Source: Erysipelotrichales bacterium (GTDB taxonomy: Bacteria > Bacillota_I > Bacilli_A > Erysipelotrichales > Erysipelotrichaceae). From it: 64,000 nt of DNA. Positions within the stretch are counted from its first letter, which is position 1, and each line of letters starts with the position of its first letter. A model generated the notes under the pieces. It ran no database searches, was not told the DNA's origin, and worked only from the letters and a program-made list of their open reading frames with translations. The stretch is from positions 1,403 through 65,402 of the forward strand of contig JBBRCP010000001.1 in assembly GCA_038204785.1 (NCBI GenBank), given 5' to 3'. Below, piece after piece: positions 35,892 through 47,166 of the stretch. Both the position numbers and the translations under genes were made by a program.

Positions 35892-36830
35892 CTATTGATT
35901 CTGCTTCTGAATGAAGTCATATACTTTTTTCTCAAATTCTTTAGCACTGTTGATGCCCATCTTTTTCAAGGTGAAATCAGTCACTGCAGATTCGATCAAC
36001 ACCGCCATATTGCGACCTTCTTTGACCGGAAACAATAGTTTTGGTACTTGTATCTCGAGGATCGTCATTTCGGCTTCATCTTCGATTCCCAGTCGTGAAT
36101 ATTCCTTACTGTCATCCCATTTTTCGAGTTGAACCACGAAATCTACTTGACTGCGATCCAAGAGCGCACTGGCCCCAAACATTTTGGAGACATCGATGAT
36201 CCCGATACCGCGGATTTCCAACATCCCTTTGAGTAGTTCCGGGGCATGACCGAAGATCGTATTATGGATACGTACCACATCGACTCGATCATCTGCCACC
36301 AAGATATGACCTTTGCGTATAAGTTCTAACGAAATTTCGCTTTTTCCCATTCCGCTGTGACCGGTGATCAATACCCCTTTTCCATAAACACTCATCAGAA
36401 CACCATGAATATTATCAGCCGGAGCTAATTGTTCGTCAAGGTAACTGATAATATCAACCATCAGTCGATAGGTAGGATTGGGAGAGATCAGAATCGGAAA
36501 GTTTTTATATTCGGCGATCTCTTTAAGGATCGGCGGAACTTCTTGATCTTTTGAGATCACAATCGCCGGTGTCCATTCATCGGTCATATGGTCAAATCGT
36601 TCGCGCAGCGTTTCATCATCTTGCGTCCGGATATACGACATTTCTTTATTCCCTAAAATGACGATTCGTTTGGGTTCCGTGTGCTTGTAGAAGCCGGTCA
36701 ATTCTAAACCGGGTCGGTTGATATCCGGAACGACGACCCAACGATTGAGTGAGTCATCATTACCGGTGATCTGTTTAAAATCGAAATAGGCTTTTAAATC
36801 ACGAATCGTTGCTTTATTTTCTAGTTCCAT
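35892..36830 (-). CDS. hprK: HPr(Ser) kinase/phosphorylase
   Basis: 312 aa with P-loop GHSGMGKSE and LEIRGIGIID. Confidence 0.93.
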   Translation of the reverse strand: MELENKATIRDLKAYFDFKQITGNDDSLNRWVVVPDINRPGLELTGFYKHTEPKRIVILGNKEMSYIRTQDDETLRERFDHMTDEWTPAIVISKDQEVPPILKEIAEYKNFPILISPNPTYRLMVDIISYLDEQLAPADNIHGVLMSVYGKGVLITGHSGMGKSEISLELIRKGHILVADDRVDVVRIHNTIFGHAPELLKGMLEIRGIGIIDVSKMFGASALLDRSQVDFVVQLEKWDDSKEYSRLGIEDEAEMTILEIQVPKLLFPVKEGRNMAVLIESAVTDFTLKKMGINSAKEFEKKVYDFIQKQNQ

Positions 36831-36834
36831 GGTT

Positions 36835-39660
36835 TTACCTCTTCGTCAGTACTGTTTTTAAGTACTGTCCGGTATAGCTCTGCTTATTTTTAGCGACTTG
36901 TTCAGGAGTTCCGACTTGGAGTAAGATCCCCCCCTCATCGCCGCCTTCAGGTCCAAGATCGATCACACAGTCGGCACTTTTGATGATATCCAGATTATGT
37001 TCGATGACGATAACAGTATCCCCATTATCGACGATCCGTTGTAGCACCAATAAGAGTTTCCCAACATCGTAACTATGCAAGCCGGTCGTCGGTTCATCCA
37101 AGATGAAGACTGTCTTACCGGTCGCTTTACGTTGAAGTTCACTCGCTAGTTTTACACGTTGCGCTTCACCGCCGGACAGGGTCGTGGATGACTGACCCAG
37201 TTTGATATAGCCTAATCCAACATCAAACAGCGTCTGTAAGCGATGGCTGATCTTGGTGATGGCACTGAAGAACTCGATTCCCTCTTCAACTGTCATCTCC
37301 AACACTTCATAGATATTTTTACCTTTATACGTGACTTCAAGGGTTTCTTGATTATACCGTTTCCCACCGCATTCTTCACACGGGACATAGACATCCGGTA
37401 AAAAATGCATAGAAATCCGTTTTACACCATCTCCTTGACACATCTCGCAACGCCCCCCGCGAACGTTGAAGGAGAAGCGACCTTTGTCGTAACCTTTTAC
37501 TTTCGCAAGTGGCGTCATCGTGAAGAGATCACGAATATCGTCAAACACACCGGTATATGTGACTGGGTTCGAACGGGGTGTACGACCGATCGGTCCCTGA
37601 TCGATCTCAATCAATTTATCAACGAATTCCATTCCTTCGATACGATCATGTAAACCCGGTTTGACACGCGGTTTCCCCAGATACTGAATCAATCCCTTGC
37701 CCAACACTTCATTGATCAGTGTTGATTTCCCGCTTCCACTGACACCTGTCACGACCGTGAAGGTGCCCAACGGAATGGATACCGTCATATTTTTTAGATT
37801 GTTTTCACGCGCATTGACGATCTTTAGGCATTGTCCGTTACCGCTGCGTCGGCTTGCGGGAACCGGATTACTTAACTTACCGGAAAGATACAAGCCGGTG
37901 ATCGAATTGGGATTGTCCATGATTTCTTGCGGTGTTCCATTAGCGACCACTTCGCCGCCGTGTTCACCGGCACCCGGACCGATATCTACGATCCAATCAG
38001 ATGCCATCATGGTTTCTTCGTCATGTTCAACGACAATCAAAGAGTTCCCAAGATCACGCATCGATTTAAGTGTATTGATTAATTTAGCGTTATCCCGTTG
38101 ATGCAGTCCGATCGATGGTTCATCCAAGACATATAAAACACCGGTCAGTCGTGAACCAATTTGTGTGGCTAATCGGATTCTTTGTGCTTCACCGCCCGAG
38201 AGCGATCCGGCAATCCGATCTAACGTCAGGTATTCGAGTCCGACATCCTTGAGGAAAGTCAATCGTTCACGGATCTCTTTGAGTACCAAACGTGCGATCT
38301 CCCGTTGCATCTGTCCAAGTTCGATTGTATCCATATAAGCAAGAGCGTTCTTTACGCTCATACGTGTCCATTCATTGATGTTCTTCGGACCCACCTGAAC
38401 GCTCAGTGCCATCTCATTAAGACGGTTGCCCAAACATACCGGACAGGGTGATTCAGCCATAAAGGTCTGATACCACTCACGCGCCTGTTGGCTTGATGTC
38501 TCGACGAAACGACGTTCGATCAGAGTCTTTACTCCTTCGATGTAATCACTTTTCGAATAAGAATTCCCTGACCGAGATGCGATTGAATAACTGATCGGTT
38601 CTTTCGACCCATGAAGCACAATATCCAGTTCTCGAGGGGTAAACTCCTTGATGGGTTTCGTGACCGGAATATGGTAGTGATCCAAGAGTGTTTTGAAATT
38701 CTGCCATTCGATGTTTTCGGATTCGACAATATTCTTATAATAAATGATTCCGCCTTGGCGGATACTTTTGTTTTTATCGGGGATTAAGTAATCGACATCG
38801 ACAGACTGGGTAACACCCAACCCTTTACACTCCGCGCAAGCGCCAAGCGGGCTGTTGAAACTGAAGAGTCGGGGTTCCAATACCGGAATCGAGAATCCGC
38901 ATTTCGTACACGCATAATTACTTGAAAACAACAGATCTTCCTCACCCGCATTCACGATTGCGAGTCCATCCGCCAGTTTAAGGACGACTTCCAGTGAATC
39001 ATGAAGACGCGAAGAACTATCGTCTTGTTTGATGATCCGATCGACGATGACGTCGATGTCATGATTTTTGTTTTTCTCAAGAACGATCTCTTCTTCGATC
39101 ATCCGCGTATCACCGTCGATTCGAACACGGATATAACCATCTTTACGTAATTTCTCAAGACGATCTTTATGTGTACCTTTTGTGCGCCGAATGACCGGGG
39201 CCATGATCGTCAAACGAGTGCCCTCCGCATAACTCATCACGCGGTCGACCATCTGTTTGATGGTCTGAGAAACGATCGGTTCATGATGGATCGGACAATA
39301 AGGTGTCCCGACTCGCGCATACAATAAACGCAGATAATCATAGATTTCAGTCACTGTTCCCACGGTTGAACGGGGATTGTTTGAAGTTGTTTTTTGGTCA
39401 ATGGAGATTGAAGGTGATAAACCTTCGATCAGGTCCACATCCGGTTTTTCGGTGTTACCTAAAAATTGACGCGCATATGAACTGAGGGACTCCACATAAC
39501 GGCGTTGTCCTTCAGCGTAGATCGTGTCAAACGCCAACGATGTTTTACCCGAACCGGAAAGACCGGTCATGATGACCAGTTGATTGCGCGGAATCGTGAT
39601 ATCAATATTTTTTAGATTGTTCTCACGGGCACCTTTAATAACGATATAATCTTGATTCAT
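36835..39660 (-). CDS. uvrA: Excinuclease ABC subunit A
   Basis: 941 aa with two ABC modules (GLSGSGKTS, GVSGSGKST), zinc-finger Cys clusters and LSGGEAQR twice. Confidence 0.97.
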   Translation of the reverse strand: MNQDYIVIKGARENNLKNIDITIPRNQLVIMTGLSGSGKTSLAFDTIYAEGQRRYVESLSSYARQFLGNTEKPDVDLIEGLSPSISIDQKTTSNNPRSTVGTVTEIYDYLRLLYARVGTPYCPIHHEPIVSQTIKQMVDRVMSYAEGTRLTIMAPVIRRTKGTHKDRLEKLRKDGYIRVRIDGDTRMIEEEIVLEKNKNHDIDVIVDRIIKQDDSSSRLHDSLEVVLKLADGLAIVNAGEEDLLFSSNYACTKCGFSIPVLEPRLFSFNSPLGACAECKGLGVTQSVDVDYLIPDKNKSIRQGGIIYYKNIVESENIEWQNFKTLLDHYHIPVTKPIKEFTPRELDIVLHGSKEPISYSIASRSGNSYSKSDYIEGVKTLIERRFVETSSQQAREWYQTFMAESPCPVCLGNRLNEMALSVQVGPKNINEWTRMSVKNALAYMDTIELGQMQREIARLVLKEIRERLTFLKDVGLEYLTLDRIAGSLSGGEAQRIRLATQIGSRLTGVLYVLDEPSIGLHQRDNAKLINTLKSMRDLGNSLIVVEHDEETMMASDWIVDIGPGAGEHGGEVVANGTPQEIMDNPNSITGLYLSGKLSNPVPASRRSGNGQCLKIVNARENNLKNMTVSIPLGTFTVVTGVSGSGKSTLINEVLGKGLIQYLGKPRVKPGLHDRIEGMEFVDKLIEIDQGPIGRTPRSNPVTYTGVFDDIRDLFTMTPLAKVKGYDKGRFSFNVRGGRCEMCQGDGVKRISMHFLPDVYVPCEECGGKRYNQETLEVTYKGKNIYEVLEMTVEEGIEFFSAITKISHRLQTLFDVGLGYIKLGQSSTTLSGGEAQRVKLASELQRKATGKTVFILDEPTTGLHSYDVGKLLLVLQRIVDNGDTVIVIEHNLDIIKSADCVIDLGPEGGDEGGILLQVGTPEQVAKNKQSYTGQYLKTVLTKR

Positions 39661-39754
39661 GGCTGTACCTCTTCTCTGATGTTCCTATTATACACTACTG
39701 TTTGCGGGTCGACACACAAAATCGCCCTGTTACATGAATTATTTTCAAGTGAAA

Positions 39755-41731
39755 CTATCCTTGTGACTTGAGTTCAAGAATAATGTCACGTAGTTCGGCT
39801 GCTCGTTCGAAATCGAGGACCTTCGCCGCATCATGCATCTCTTTCTCAAGACCCATAATAAGGGTATCGCGTTCTTTCTGGGTCGATTTGGCTTTTTTCT
39901 TAATAAACTTGTTTGCCATTTCTTGTGTTTCCTTGCCGCGAATAGCGTCATGGATCTCTTTTACGATTGTCGTCGGAGTAATTCCGTGTTCGATATTATA
40001 GGCTTTTTGGATTGCACGACGGCGATCGGTCTCACTGATGGCTTTGATCATCGAATCCGTCATCTTATCCGCATACATGATGACTTTACCGTTAGAGTTA
40101 CGTGCTGCCCGGCCGATCGTTTGGATCAGTGATCGTTCGGAACGCAGGAAACCTTCTTTATCGGCATCTAAGATCGCTACGAGTGAAACTTCAGGAAGAT
40201 CCAGCCCTTCGCGAAGTAAGTTGATTCCGACTAAGACATCATATTTTCCTTTACGCAGATCACGCAGAATCTCGATCCGTTCGAGTGTTAGTGTTTCGTG
40301 ATGAAGATACGAAACTTTAAAGTTGAGACGTTTGAGATAAGCTGTCAGTTCTTCAGCCATCTTAACGGTCAAGGTTGTGATCAATACTCGTTCGTTCACG
40401 GTGATTCTGGCTTTGATTTCATCCATCAGATCATCGATTTGACCGCGTGAAGGACGCACTTCGATGATCGGATCCAATAGACCGGTCGGTCGTATAATCT
40501 GTTCGACGATCTCGCCATGAGTGAGTTCGGTTTCATAATTACCGGGTGTTGCGGATACGAAAATCACTTGATTGATCATTTCTTCGAATTCATCGAAACG
40601 CATCGGTCGATTATCCAATGCACTTGGTAAACGAAATCCATATTGAACTAGGGTTGTTTTACGGGCACGATCACCATTATACATACCGCGTACTTGCGGA
40701 ATACTGGCGTGACTTTCGTCGATCACCAACAGGAAATCTTTCGGGAAGTAATCAAACAAGTTATAGGGACGTTGACCCGGTGCACGACCATCGATCATCG
40801 CTGAATAGTTTTCGATACCTGAACACATTCCGAATTCACGAAGGGCTTCTAAATCATAGCGGGTTCGCTGTTCGAGACGTTGCTTCTCTACTAGTTTTCC
40901 TTCGCTTTCTAATTCTTTCAAGCGAACTTCCAATTGGGCTTCAATCGTTTCGCATGCTTTCAGCATCTGTTCTTTGGGACGCGCATATTCATCGGCCGGA
41001 AATACATTATACACAGAATAAGCATTCTGTATCTTACCGGTGACGGGGTCAACTTCCGTCAAACGCTCGACTAAGTCATCAAACATCTCGATCCGTAAGT
41101 TAAACTGATCGGTATAGCCCAACGATACTTCGATCACATCACCATGAACTCTAAAAGTTCCGCGTTTCTGATCGATGTCATTGCGTTTGTATTGACGTTC
41201 GACCAATTTCATCAATAATTCTTTACGTTTGATGGTTTCGCCGACTCTCAACGTAAAAAACATGTTGCGATAGAGTTCCGGATCGGAAGAGGCATAGATA
41301 CAGGCCACTGACGCAACAATGATGGTATCACGGCGTTCCATGATGGAATTGAGGGCTGCCATCCGCAACATATCCAGTTCTTCATTGATCATAGCTGTTT
41401 TTTCGATGTAGGTATCGGATTTAGGTAAATAAGCTTCGGGTTGGTAGAAATCAAAATTAGAGACAAAATATTCGACCCGATTTTGCGGAAACAGTTCTTT
41501 GAACTCTGAATACAGTTGTCCGGCCAAGGTCTTGTTATGCACAAAAACCAACGTCGGCCGATTGACGGCTTCAATGACGTTGGAGACTGTGAAGGTTTTA
41601 CCCGTACCGGTAGCACCCAGTAGGACCTGTGCTTTTTTGTTTTGTTTGAGTCCTTCAATCAACTGTTCGATCGCACGAGGCTGATCACCGGTTGGTTTAT
41701 AGGGACTCTTGAGAATAAAGCGATCAGCCAT
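39755..41731 (-). CDS. uvrB: Excinuclease ABC subunit B
   Basis: 658 aa with [10 protein letters not shown], a DESH box and a C-terminal UVR domain ([11 protein letters not shown]). Confidence 0.97.
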   Translation of the reverse strand: MADRFILKSPYKPTGDQPRAIEQLIEGLKQNKKAQVLLGATGTGKTFTVSNVIEAVNRPTLVFVHNKTLAGQLYSEFKELFPQNRVEYFVSNFDFYQPEAYLPKSDTYIEKTAMINEELDMLRMAALNSIMERRDTIIVASVACIYASSDPELYRNMFFTLRVGETIKRKELLMKLVERQYKRNDIDQKRGTFRVHGDVIEVSLGYTDQFNLRIEMFDDLVERLTEVDPVTGKIQNAYSVYNVFPADEYARPKEQMLKACETIEAQLEVRLKELESEGKLVEKQRLEQRTRYDLEALREFGMCSGIENYSAMIDGRAPGQRPYNLFDYFPKDFLLVIDESHASIPQVRGMYNGDRARKTTLVQYGFRLPSALDNRPMRFDEFEEMINQVIFVSATPGNYETELTHGEIVEQIIRPTGLLDPIIEVRPSRGQIDDLMDEIKARITVNERVLITTLTVKMAEELTAYLKRLNFKVSYLHHETLTLERIEILRDLRKGKYDVLVGINLLREGLDLPEVSLVAILDADKEGFLRSERSLIQTIGRAARNSNGKVIMYADKMTDSMIKAISETDRRRAIQKAYNIEHGITPTTIVKEIHDAIRGKETQEMANKFIKKKAKSTQKERDTLIMGLEKEMHDAAKVLDFERAAELRDIILELKSQG

Positions 41732-43211
41732 TTACGATGGCCTTCGCTTCTTTGAGTTGGACATCTTTTTCGGTATGATCTTGGTGCCACACCTTAACAA
41801 CATTGGATTGAAGTGTACTTAAGAGGTCGTTGGTGATCTCTCCGGTAACACTTAACTCGTGCTCGGATTGGTAGGCTTTTAGCGCAACTAAGGTAGAAGT
41901 TGAAAAGTAACCATCGGTCCGATCGACTTTATAACCGAGAAAATCAAGGGCTAACTGAACATCTTTTACCGCTTCATTGACGGAATCGGATTTAACCGTG
42001 ATTCCATCTGCTAGTTTAACGAACTTCGTATACAACACTTTATGAACATCGATAACGTTATCCGGTACGATACCGATTCCGTCGATCAAATTACCTTTTG
42101 GACTCAGCCATTGAGCAATCGTATATTTTAGGGCACTTCCATCACTGAAGACACGGGAAACTTGAACTGTTCCCTTACCATACGTGGTAGTACCGACAAC
42201 GATCGCACCGATATCTTCTCGCAGTGCAGCTGTTAATACTTCAGCGGCAGATGCCGTATTTTGGTTGACTAACACAACGATCTTACTGAAATTGATGACG
42301 ACTTTCCCGGTCGATTTACTGGTTTCAATCGTCCCATCACGTTTTTCTTGCTGGATCAGTAGCTGACCTGCAGGGACAAACATACTGCCGATCGATTCAA
42401 GCGCAGAAAGATAACCACCCCCGTTATCACGTAGATCTAGGATGATCTTCGTGGCACCGGCTGTTTTAAATGTGGTCAGGTATTTAAGGACTTCTTGATC
42501 CGTCGTACTGCCGAATTGATAGATTTCCAGATAGGCCGTCGTTGTATCCAACATATAGCCATAAGCTGAATTTTGAACAGCACCGCGGACGATATTCAAG
42601 TGAACGGTCGCTCCGTCACGAATAAAGTCGATACTGACAGTCGTTCCAACTGCACCTTTGACTTTAGCTGCCAAGCCTTCGGTTCCGATTCCTTCCATCA
42701 ATGTACCATCTACTTTATAGATGATATCGCCTGCTTGGACACCCGCTTTTGCGGCCGGTGAATCAACAAAGACTTTTTCGATAATATAGGTTCCATTACT
42801 GTCATAGTATTGAACGCCGATTCCCACAAATCCCATATCGATGGAACCTGTAAAGGACGCTAGTTCTTCTTTGGTCATAAACGAGCTATGGATGTCGCCG
42901 CCACCGGCGATCATACCGGCGATCGCATCATCGATCAGTTTTTGATCGTTATTCGTTATTTTTTTGCCGAAATACCAATCATTCTTCATGATTTCATATA
43001 CGGCTTCAAGGCGACTAAGCGTTGATGACCCGGTTACCGGTGTTGACGTTCCAAACGATTGTCCGACGACCCATCCAAACGTAAAAACTAAAACCAACGA
43101 CACGATCAAAAAACCGCGTTGCCAGTTTTTCTTTCGCTTCGCCCTAATTTCATCCGGCCACAAATGTTTTTCTAATTTAACGTGAATTTTCTTTTCTTCC
43201 ACGATGACCAC
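41724..43211 (-). CDS. S41 carboxy-terminal processing protease (Ctp) with a PDZ domain and a C-terminal peptidoglycan-binding domain
   Basis: It has an N-terminal TM helix, PDZ ([13 protein letters not shown]), the catalytic region [11 protein letters not shown]...TYGKGT and a C-terminal PG_binding_1-like segment ([22 protein letters not shown]). The start is uncertain: GTG at 43211, or GTG at 43202 after GAGGTG. It overlaps uvrB by 8 nt. Confidence 0.85.
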   Translation of the reverse strand: MVIVEEKKIHVKLEKHLWPDEIRAKRKKNWQRGFLIVSLVLVFTFGWVVGQSFGTSTPVTGSSTLSRLEAVYEIMKNDWYFGKKITNNDQKLIDDAIAGMIAGGGDIHSSFMTKEELASFTGSIDMGFVGIGVQYYDSNGTYIIEKVFVDSPAAKAGVQAGDIIYKVDGTLMEGIGTEGLAAKVKGAVGTTVSIDFIRDGATVHLNIVRGAVQNSAYGYMLDTTTAYLEIYQFGSTTDQEVLKYLTTFKTAGATKIILDLRDNGGGYLSALESIGSMFVPAGQLLIQQEKRDGTIETSKSTGKVVINFSKIVVLVNQNTASAAEVLTAALREDIGAIVVGTTTYGKGTVQVSRVFSDGSALKYTIAQWLSPKGNLIDGIGIVPDNVIDVHKVLYTKFVKLADGITVKSDSVNEAVKDVQLALDFLGYKVDRTDGYFSTSTLVALKAYQSEHELSVTGEITNDLLSTLQSNVVKVWHQDHTEKDVQLKEAKAIVNG

Positions 43212-43289
43212 CTCACAATGTATTTATTTTACCACAGTCCACTTGATTAACGCTACCTGAGCGCAGTCTGAACAGGTCATTTGGGCCTG

Positions 43290-45605
43290 TTATGACTCAT
43301 GTTTCATTTTGATTTCATCTTTCTCTACGGCTTTGAAAATATATAAACGTGATGCGGTATCCCCAAAGATACGCAGTTCATCATTCAATCCACCCACATT
43401 TGACTGTTTAAGTTTCATTCCCGCATGATTCATAGCACTACCATACACAAACTCATGTTCAATTTCTGTCTTCAACGGCATGAATTTACTGACGACATCA
43501 TGAACCAATGAATCTTTTTTGATATGGATCGGACTGACTTGATTGATCAGATCACCAAATTCATGTAGATCGATCGCAAACGTGCGATTGGTCAATTCGT
43601 AAAGTTGATGCGGATCTAAGCCTTGTGTGCGAATCGTTTGGGTAAATGGATTAGCTACAGCTCGATCTTGGAAATGCATCAAGATCGCTTGCTTCTTATC
43701 GAGAGAAACGACCATCCAATCAACTAGATTCGTTTGGCGATTCATCGATAAACGATAGAATGTCCCGAATTGAAATAATTCGCGATACTCTTTATAGAAG
43801 GAGATTTGATCAGCGATCACTTTACGTTCGGTTGTCCCGAGTTCACTCAGGTTCAGTTCATAACCCAGAAGTCCGAAACAAGCGACTTGAAATCTCGTTT
43901 CAAGCGGTGTTACTCGTTGTGTCTGATGATTCGGAACCGAAGATACATGGGCTGCCATCGTTGATAACGGATATCCCTGCGATGTTGAATCTTGGATCAC
44001 TGTACGGCTCAATGCATCGGTATTATCACTGGTCCATGTTTGCGGCATATATGCCAGCATCCCTAAATCAAAACGATTACCACCGGATGCACAACTCTCA
44101 AACAAGATATCGGGGAAAGAACTTGTTAAGGCATCTAGGACACGATAAAGTCCCCGCATATAAAGAAACTGTTGGGAAGTATCTCGCGGATCGGAAAAGA
44201 TACGGTTGAAATCCCATTTTATATAGTCGATTTTCCCTTCCGAGAAAACGCGACTCATCGTTGTGATCAAAAAATCTTGAACCTCCGTTAAACTCAGATC
44301 TAAGATCAGTTGGTGACGGCCCATCGACGGTGTCCGGTCTTTTACCTGAATTGCCCACTCAGGGTGAGCTCGATATAGATCACTATTCGGATTGACCATC
44401 TCCGGTTCGACCCATAATCCAAATTGCATACCCATTTCATGGATTTTTTCGGACAAACCGACGATTCCGTTCGGTAATTTTTTTGAATTGACAATCCAGT
44501 CACCCAATCCCATTGTATCGTTGTTGCGTTTCCCGAACCATCCATCATCCAACACAAATAACTCGATTCCGACATTTTTAGCTTCTTTCGCCAATTTCAA
44601 CAGTTTAGCTTGGTTGAATCGGAAATATGTTGCTTCCCAACTATTGATGAGGATCGGTCTTACTTTGTGTTGCCAACGAGGAGGAATGATATGTTGATTG
44701 ATAAAACGATGCATGCGCTGACTGAGTACATTGAGTCCTTCATCCGAGTAACAAAGGACACTTTCAGGAGATTCCATTGATTCACCCGGTTTTACGTTGA
44801 GTGAGAATCCGGAAGGATTAATGCCGCTTACAATATGCATCTTCTCATATGAATTCACTTCGACGCTTGTACAATGGTTACCACTGTAGATTAGATTGAG
44901 CGCAAAACATTCACCGGCTCGATCATCACATTCAGGACGGCGAAAGATCACCAACGGATTATGGCGATTTGACGATATTCCTGCTTTGGCATCGTTGATC
45001 ATGATGCCGCTAACAACTGGTTTTTCATGGGCTGTTCGTTCACGCGCCCAATGACCATCAAAGGTACGCATGATATAGTCGTGGTCACTGAAGTCCAACT
45101 GGGCACTCATGAGTCGCCGTACCCGAACTTCATTCGAGCCGATATTTTCAAGACGACTGGAACGTACGATCACGTCCGTTTCACTAAAGACACTGTAGAT
45201 CAGAAATAACTTTAGTCCGGCTACCTTATCTTCTAGTTCGATTTCCAGTGCGTAGTCTGCTTCAAAGGAGGAAGGAAGTTGAAGTAAACTTGTTTTATGA
45301 CTGATTTCTTTATGTGACACATACACAAAGTCACAGATCGGACATCCATCTGCAGATTCGATCTCGATCATCGGTTCTCGCAGATCTCCTTTATATAGGG
45401 TTGAGAATTCCAATGGAAGATCTTCGAGACTGATTGGCTGTTTTTCATTGTACAGAAGTCCACTTGGGAAAGGCATCTTCTCACTGAGAAAATCGATCTT
45501 GTCGACATCGATCTTAGCTCCGTAATAAAGGTGTTCAAGATGACCGGAGGGCAAGCAGTTGAATAGATAACTTGTATGATGAGTAGTGAGAATAAATGGT
45601 TTCAT
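43290..45605 (-). CDS. GH36 alpha-galactosidase
   Basis: About 771 aa with GH36 signatures KWDFNR and CASGGNRFD. The start is set at the ATG at 45605 (SD AGGAGAA). Confidence 0.85.
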   Translation of the reverse strand: MKPFILTTHHTSYLFNCLPSGHLEHLYYGAKIDVDKIDFLSEKMPFPSGLLYNEKQPISLEDLPLEFSTLYKGDLREPMIEIESADGCPICDFVYVSHKEISHKTSLLQLPSSFEADYALEIELEDKVAGLKLFLIYSVFSETDVIVRSSRLENIGSNEVRVRRLMSAQLDFSDHDYIMRTFDGHWARERTAHEKPVVSGIMINDAKAGISSNRHNPLVIFRRPECDDRAGECFALNLIYSGNHCTSVEVNSYEKMHIVSGINPSGFSLNVKPGESMESPESVLCYSDEGLNVLSQRMHRFINQHIIPPRWQHKVRPILINSWEATYFRFNQAKLLKLAKEAKNVGIELFVLDDGWFGKRNNDTMGLGDWIVNSKKLPNGIVGLSEKIHEMGMQFGLWVEPEMVNPNSDLYRAHPEWAIQVKDRTPSMGRHQLILDLSLTEVQDFLITTMSRVFSEGKIDYIKWDFNRIFSDPRDTSQQFLYMRGLYRVLDALTSSFPDILFESCASGGNRFDLGMLAYMPQTWTSDNTDALSRTVIQDSTSQGYPLSTMAAHVSSVPNHQTQRVTPLETRFQVACFGLLGYELNLSELGTTERKVIADQISFYKEYRELFQFGTFYRLSMNRQTNLVDWMVVSLDKKQAILMHFQDRAVANPFTQTIRTQGLDPHQLYELTNRTFAIDLHEFGDLINQVSPIHIKKDSLVHDVVSKFMPLKTEIEHEFVYGSAMNHAGMKLKQSNVGGLNDELRIFGDTASRLYIFKAVEKDEIKMKHES

Positions 45606-45729
45606 AAAGGTTCTCCTGTACTCAAAGTTTAGCACAAAATTAGCCATCCGATGAATCATCTTTAGGTGAACTTGTATTCTTAGTGATGTTTTTTAAGTGG
45701 AGTCTTCTGCCTAACGAACGGTGAAAAGC

Positions 45730-45757
45730 AAAAAAAAGACGACCCAATTGGATCGTC
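45730..45757 (-). terminator. Rho-independent terminator after the M23 peptidase gene
   Basis: The minus strand reads GACGATCCAATTGGGTCGTC followed by TTTTTTTT, 9 nt after the stop. Confidence 0.8.
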
Positions 45758-45765
45758 GACATCGA

Positions 45766-47166
45766 TTAGTAAGATCTTCCGACGACAACGCCGAAGATCG
45801 ATAACGGATTCTCGCGGCAAGGTGCACCTGCCCGCACAGAACAACGATAATTAAGCGCATCCGAACTCCAACCGGTACCGAAGGCAAAGTCACCATTCCA
45901 ACGAGTCGCATAGTAACTCACGGTATTCGTTCCCAAATAGATCACTTCCACATGGGTATGAGGTCCACTCGAGTTTCCTGATGAACCGATTCTACCGATC
46001 ACATCACCGGCATTGACGATCTTACCCATTGAGATGACTGAATTCCGTTCAAAATGGAGATATTTGACCGCATAGGATCTATTATTAACGGAAACGAAGA
46101 GATAGACTTGATTCCCGCCGCCGCCGCTTCCCGGTGATCCACAGGTATTACCAAGATAACCGTAAGTAGGACAGGCATTGGCACTGTATACGACAACACC
46201 ATTCGCCACAGCCATAACGTTCGTTCCCACCGATGCCGCAAAATCAACACCCAAATGGATACTAGACGTTCCTGAATAATACCAAACTCCGGCTGATATT
46301 CTGAATCCGCTAGAGATCGGAGATATCCAACCGGCAGAAGGTATGATTGAATTCATTGCCTGGGAAATAGCTTTCAATTTGTTTTGCGTCGCACTTAAAT
46401 CAGCAGCGACTCGATTCTGTTGGGCTTCAAGTTCGGCTTCTTGCGTTCTGAATTGCGCTAAAATAGTTTGAACCGTCGCTTTAAGTCCCACTGCTGTCGC
46501 TTTATTCGTCTCGACATTTGCTTTATTAACAAGTAATCCTTCTTTTTCACGTTCCACTTCAGCTTTATCGGAATTTAAGAGGGCCACTTGTTCTGTCAGA
46601 AGTTTCATTTGTTCTTCATCATACGCAGTGATATCACTGATCCCCTCGACACGTCGAATCAGATCGGTGAAACTATTGGCTCCCATAACGAAATCGACAT
46701 AACCATTTAAGGTCATGAATGATTGCATGGCGACCATGCGTTCTTTAATGGAGGCATTTATATTATCAATGTTTGTTTGACGAGTCGTAATTTGGACGTT
46801 TAATACACCGATGTTCGCTTCTGTACGGGTGATGGATTCTTGAAGGGCAGCGATATCGGTCTCTAAAACAGCGATCTGAGCTTCATAACTGGAGATTTGT
46901 TGCGCATACACCGCTATATTGGCTTTCGCATCCGCAATTCCTTTTTTAATCGCATCCAGATTCTTTTGCGCATCGCCGACTTTCTGATTCACGTATTGTT
47001 GGTACGCTAAACACGCTGTTCGATTTTGCGAAGCCGCAGACGAAGAACAAAGAGATGAATAATACGCCTCATTGTTGGGGAAATCATAGTTAACGGCAGT
47101 GACACCGGTGATCATTGACAAGGTCATGACCATGACTGTTAAGAAAACAACTAAACGTTTTTTCAT
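45766..47166 (-). CDS. Secreted coiled-coil plus M23 (LytM) metallopeptidase; probable FtsEX-coupled peptidoglycan hydrolase (PcsB/EnvC analogue)
   Basis: It has a signal peptide and about 200 aa of heptad-rich coiled coil. The C-terminal M23 domain keeps HxxxD (HLGVD) and HxH (HTHVE). The start is set at the ATG at 47166 (SD GAGGTGG), in an ATGA overlap with the ftsX stop. Confidence 0.8.
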   Translation of the reverse strand: MKKRLVVFLTVMVMTLSMITGVTAVNYDFPNNEAYYSSLCSSSAASQNRTACLAYQQYVNQKVGDAQKNLDAIKKGIADAKANIAVYAQQISSYEAQIAVLETDIAALQESITRTEANIGVLNVQITTRQTNIDNINASIKERMVAMQSFMTLNGYVDFVMGANSFTDLIRRVEGISDITAYDEEQMKLLTEQVALLNSDKAEVEREKEGLLVNKANVETNKATAVGLKATVQTILAQFRTQEAELEAQQNRVAADLSATQNKLKAISQAMNSIIPSAGWISPISSGFRISAGVWYYSGTSSIHLGVDFAASVGTNVMAVANGVVVYSANACPTYGYLGNTCGSPGSGGGGNQVYLFVSVNNRSYAVKYLHFERNSVISMGKIVNAGDVIGRIGSSGNSSGPHTHVEVIYLGTNTVSYYATRWNGDFAFGTGWSSDALNYRCSVRAGAPCRENPLSIFGVVVGRSY

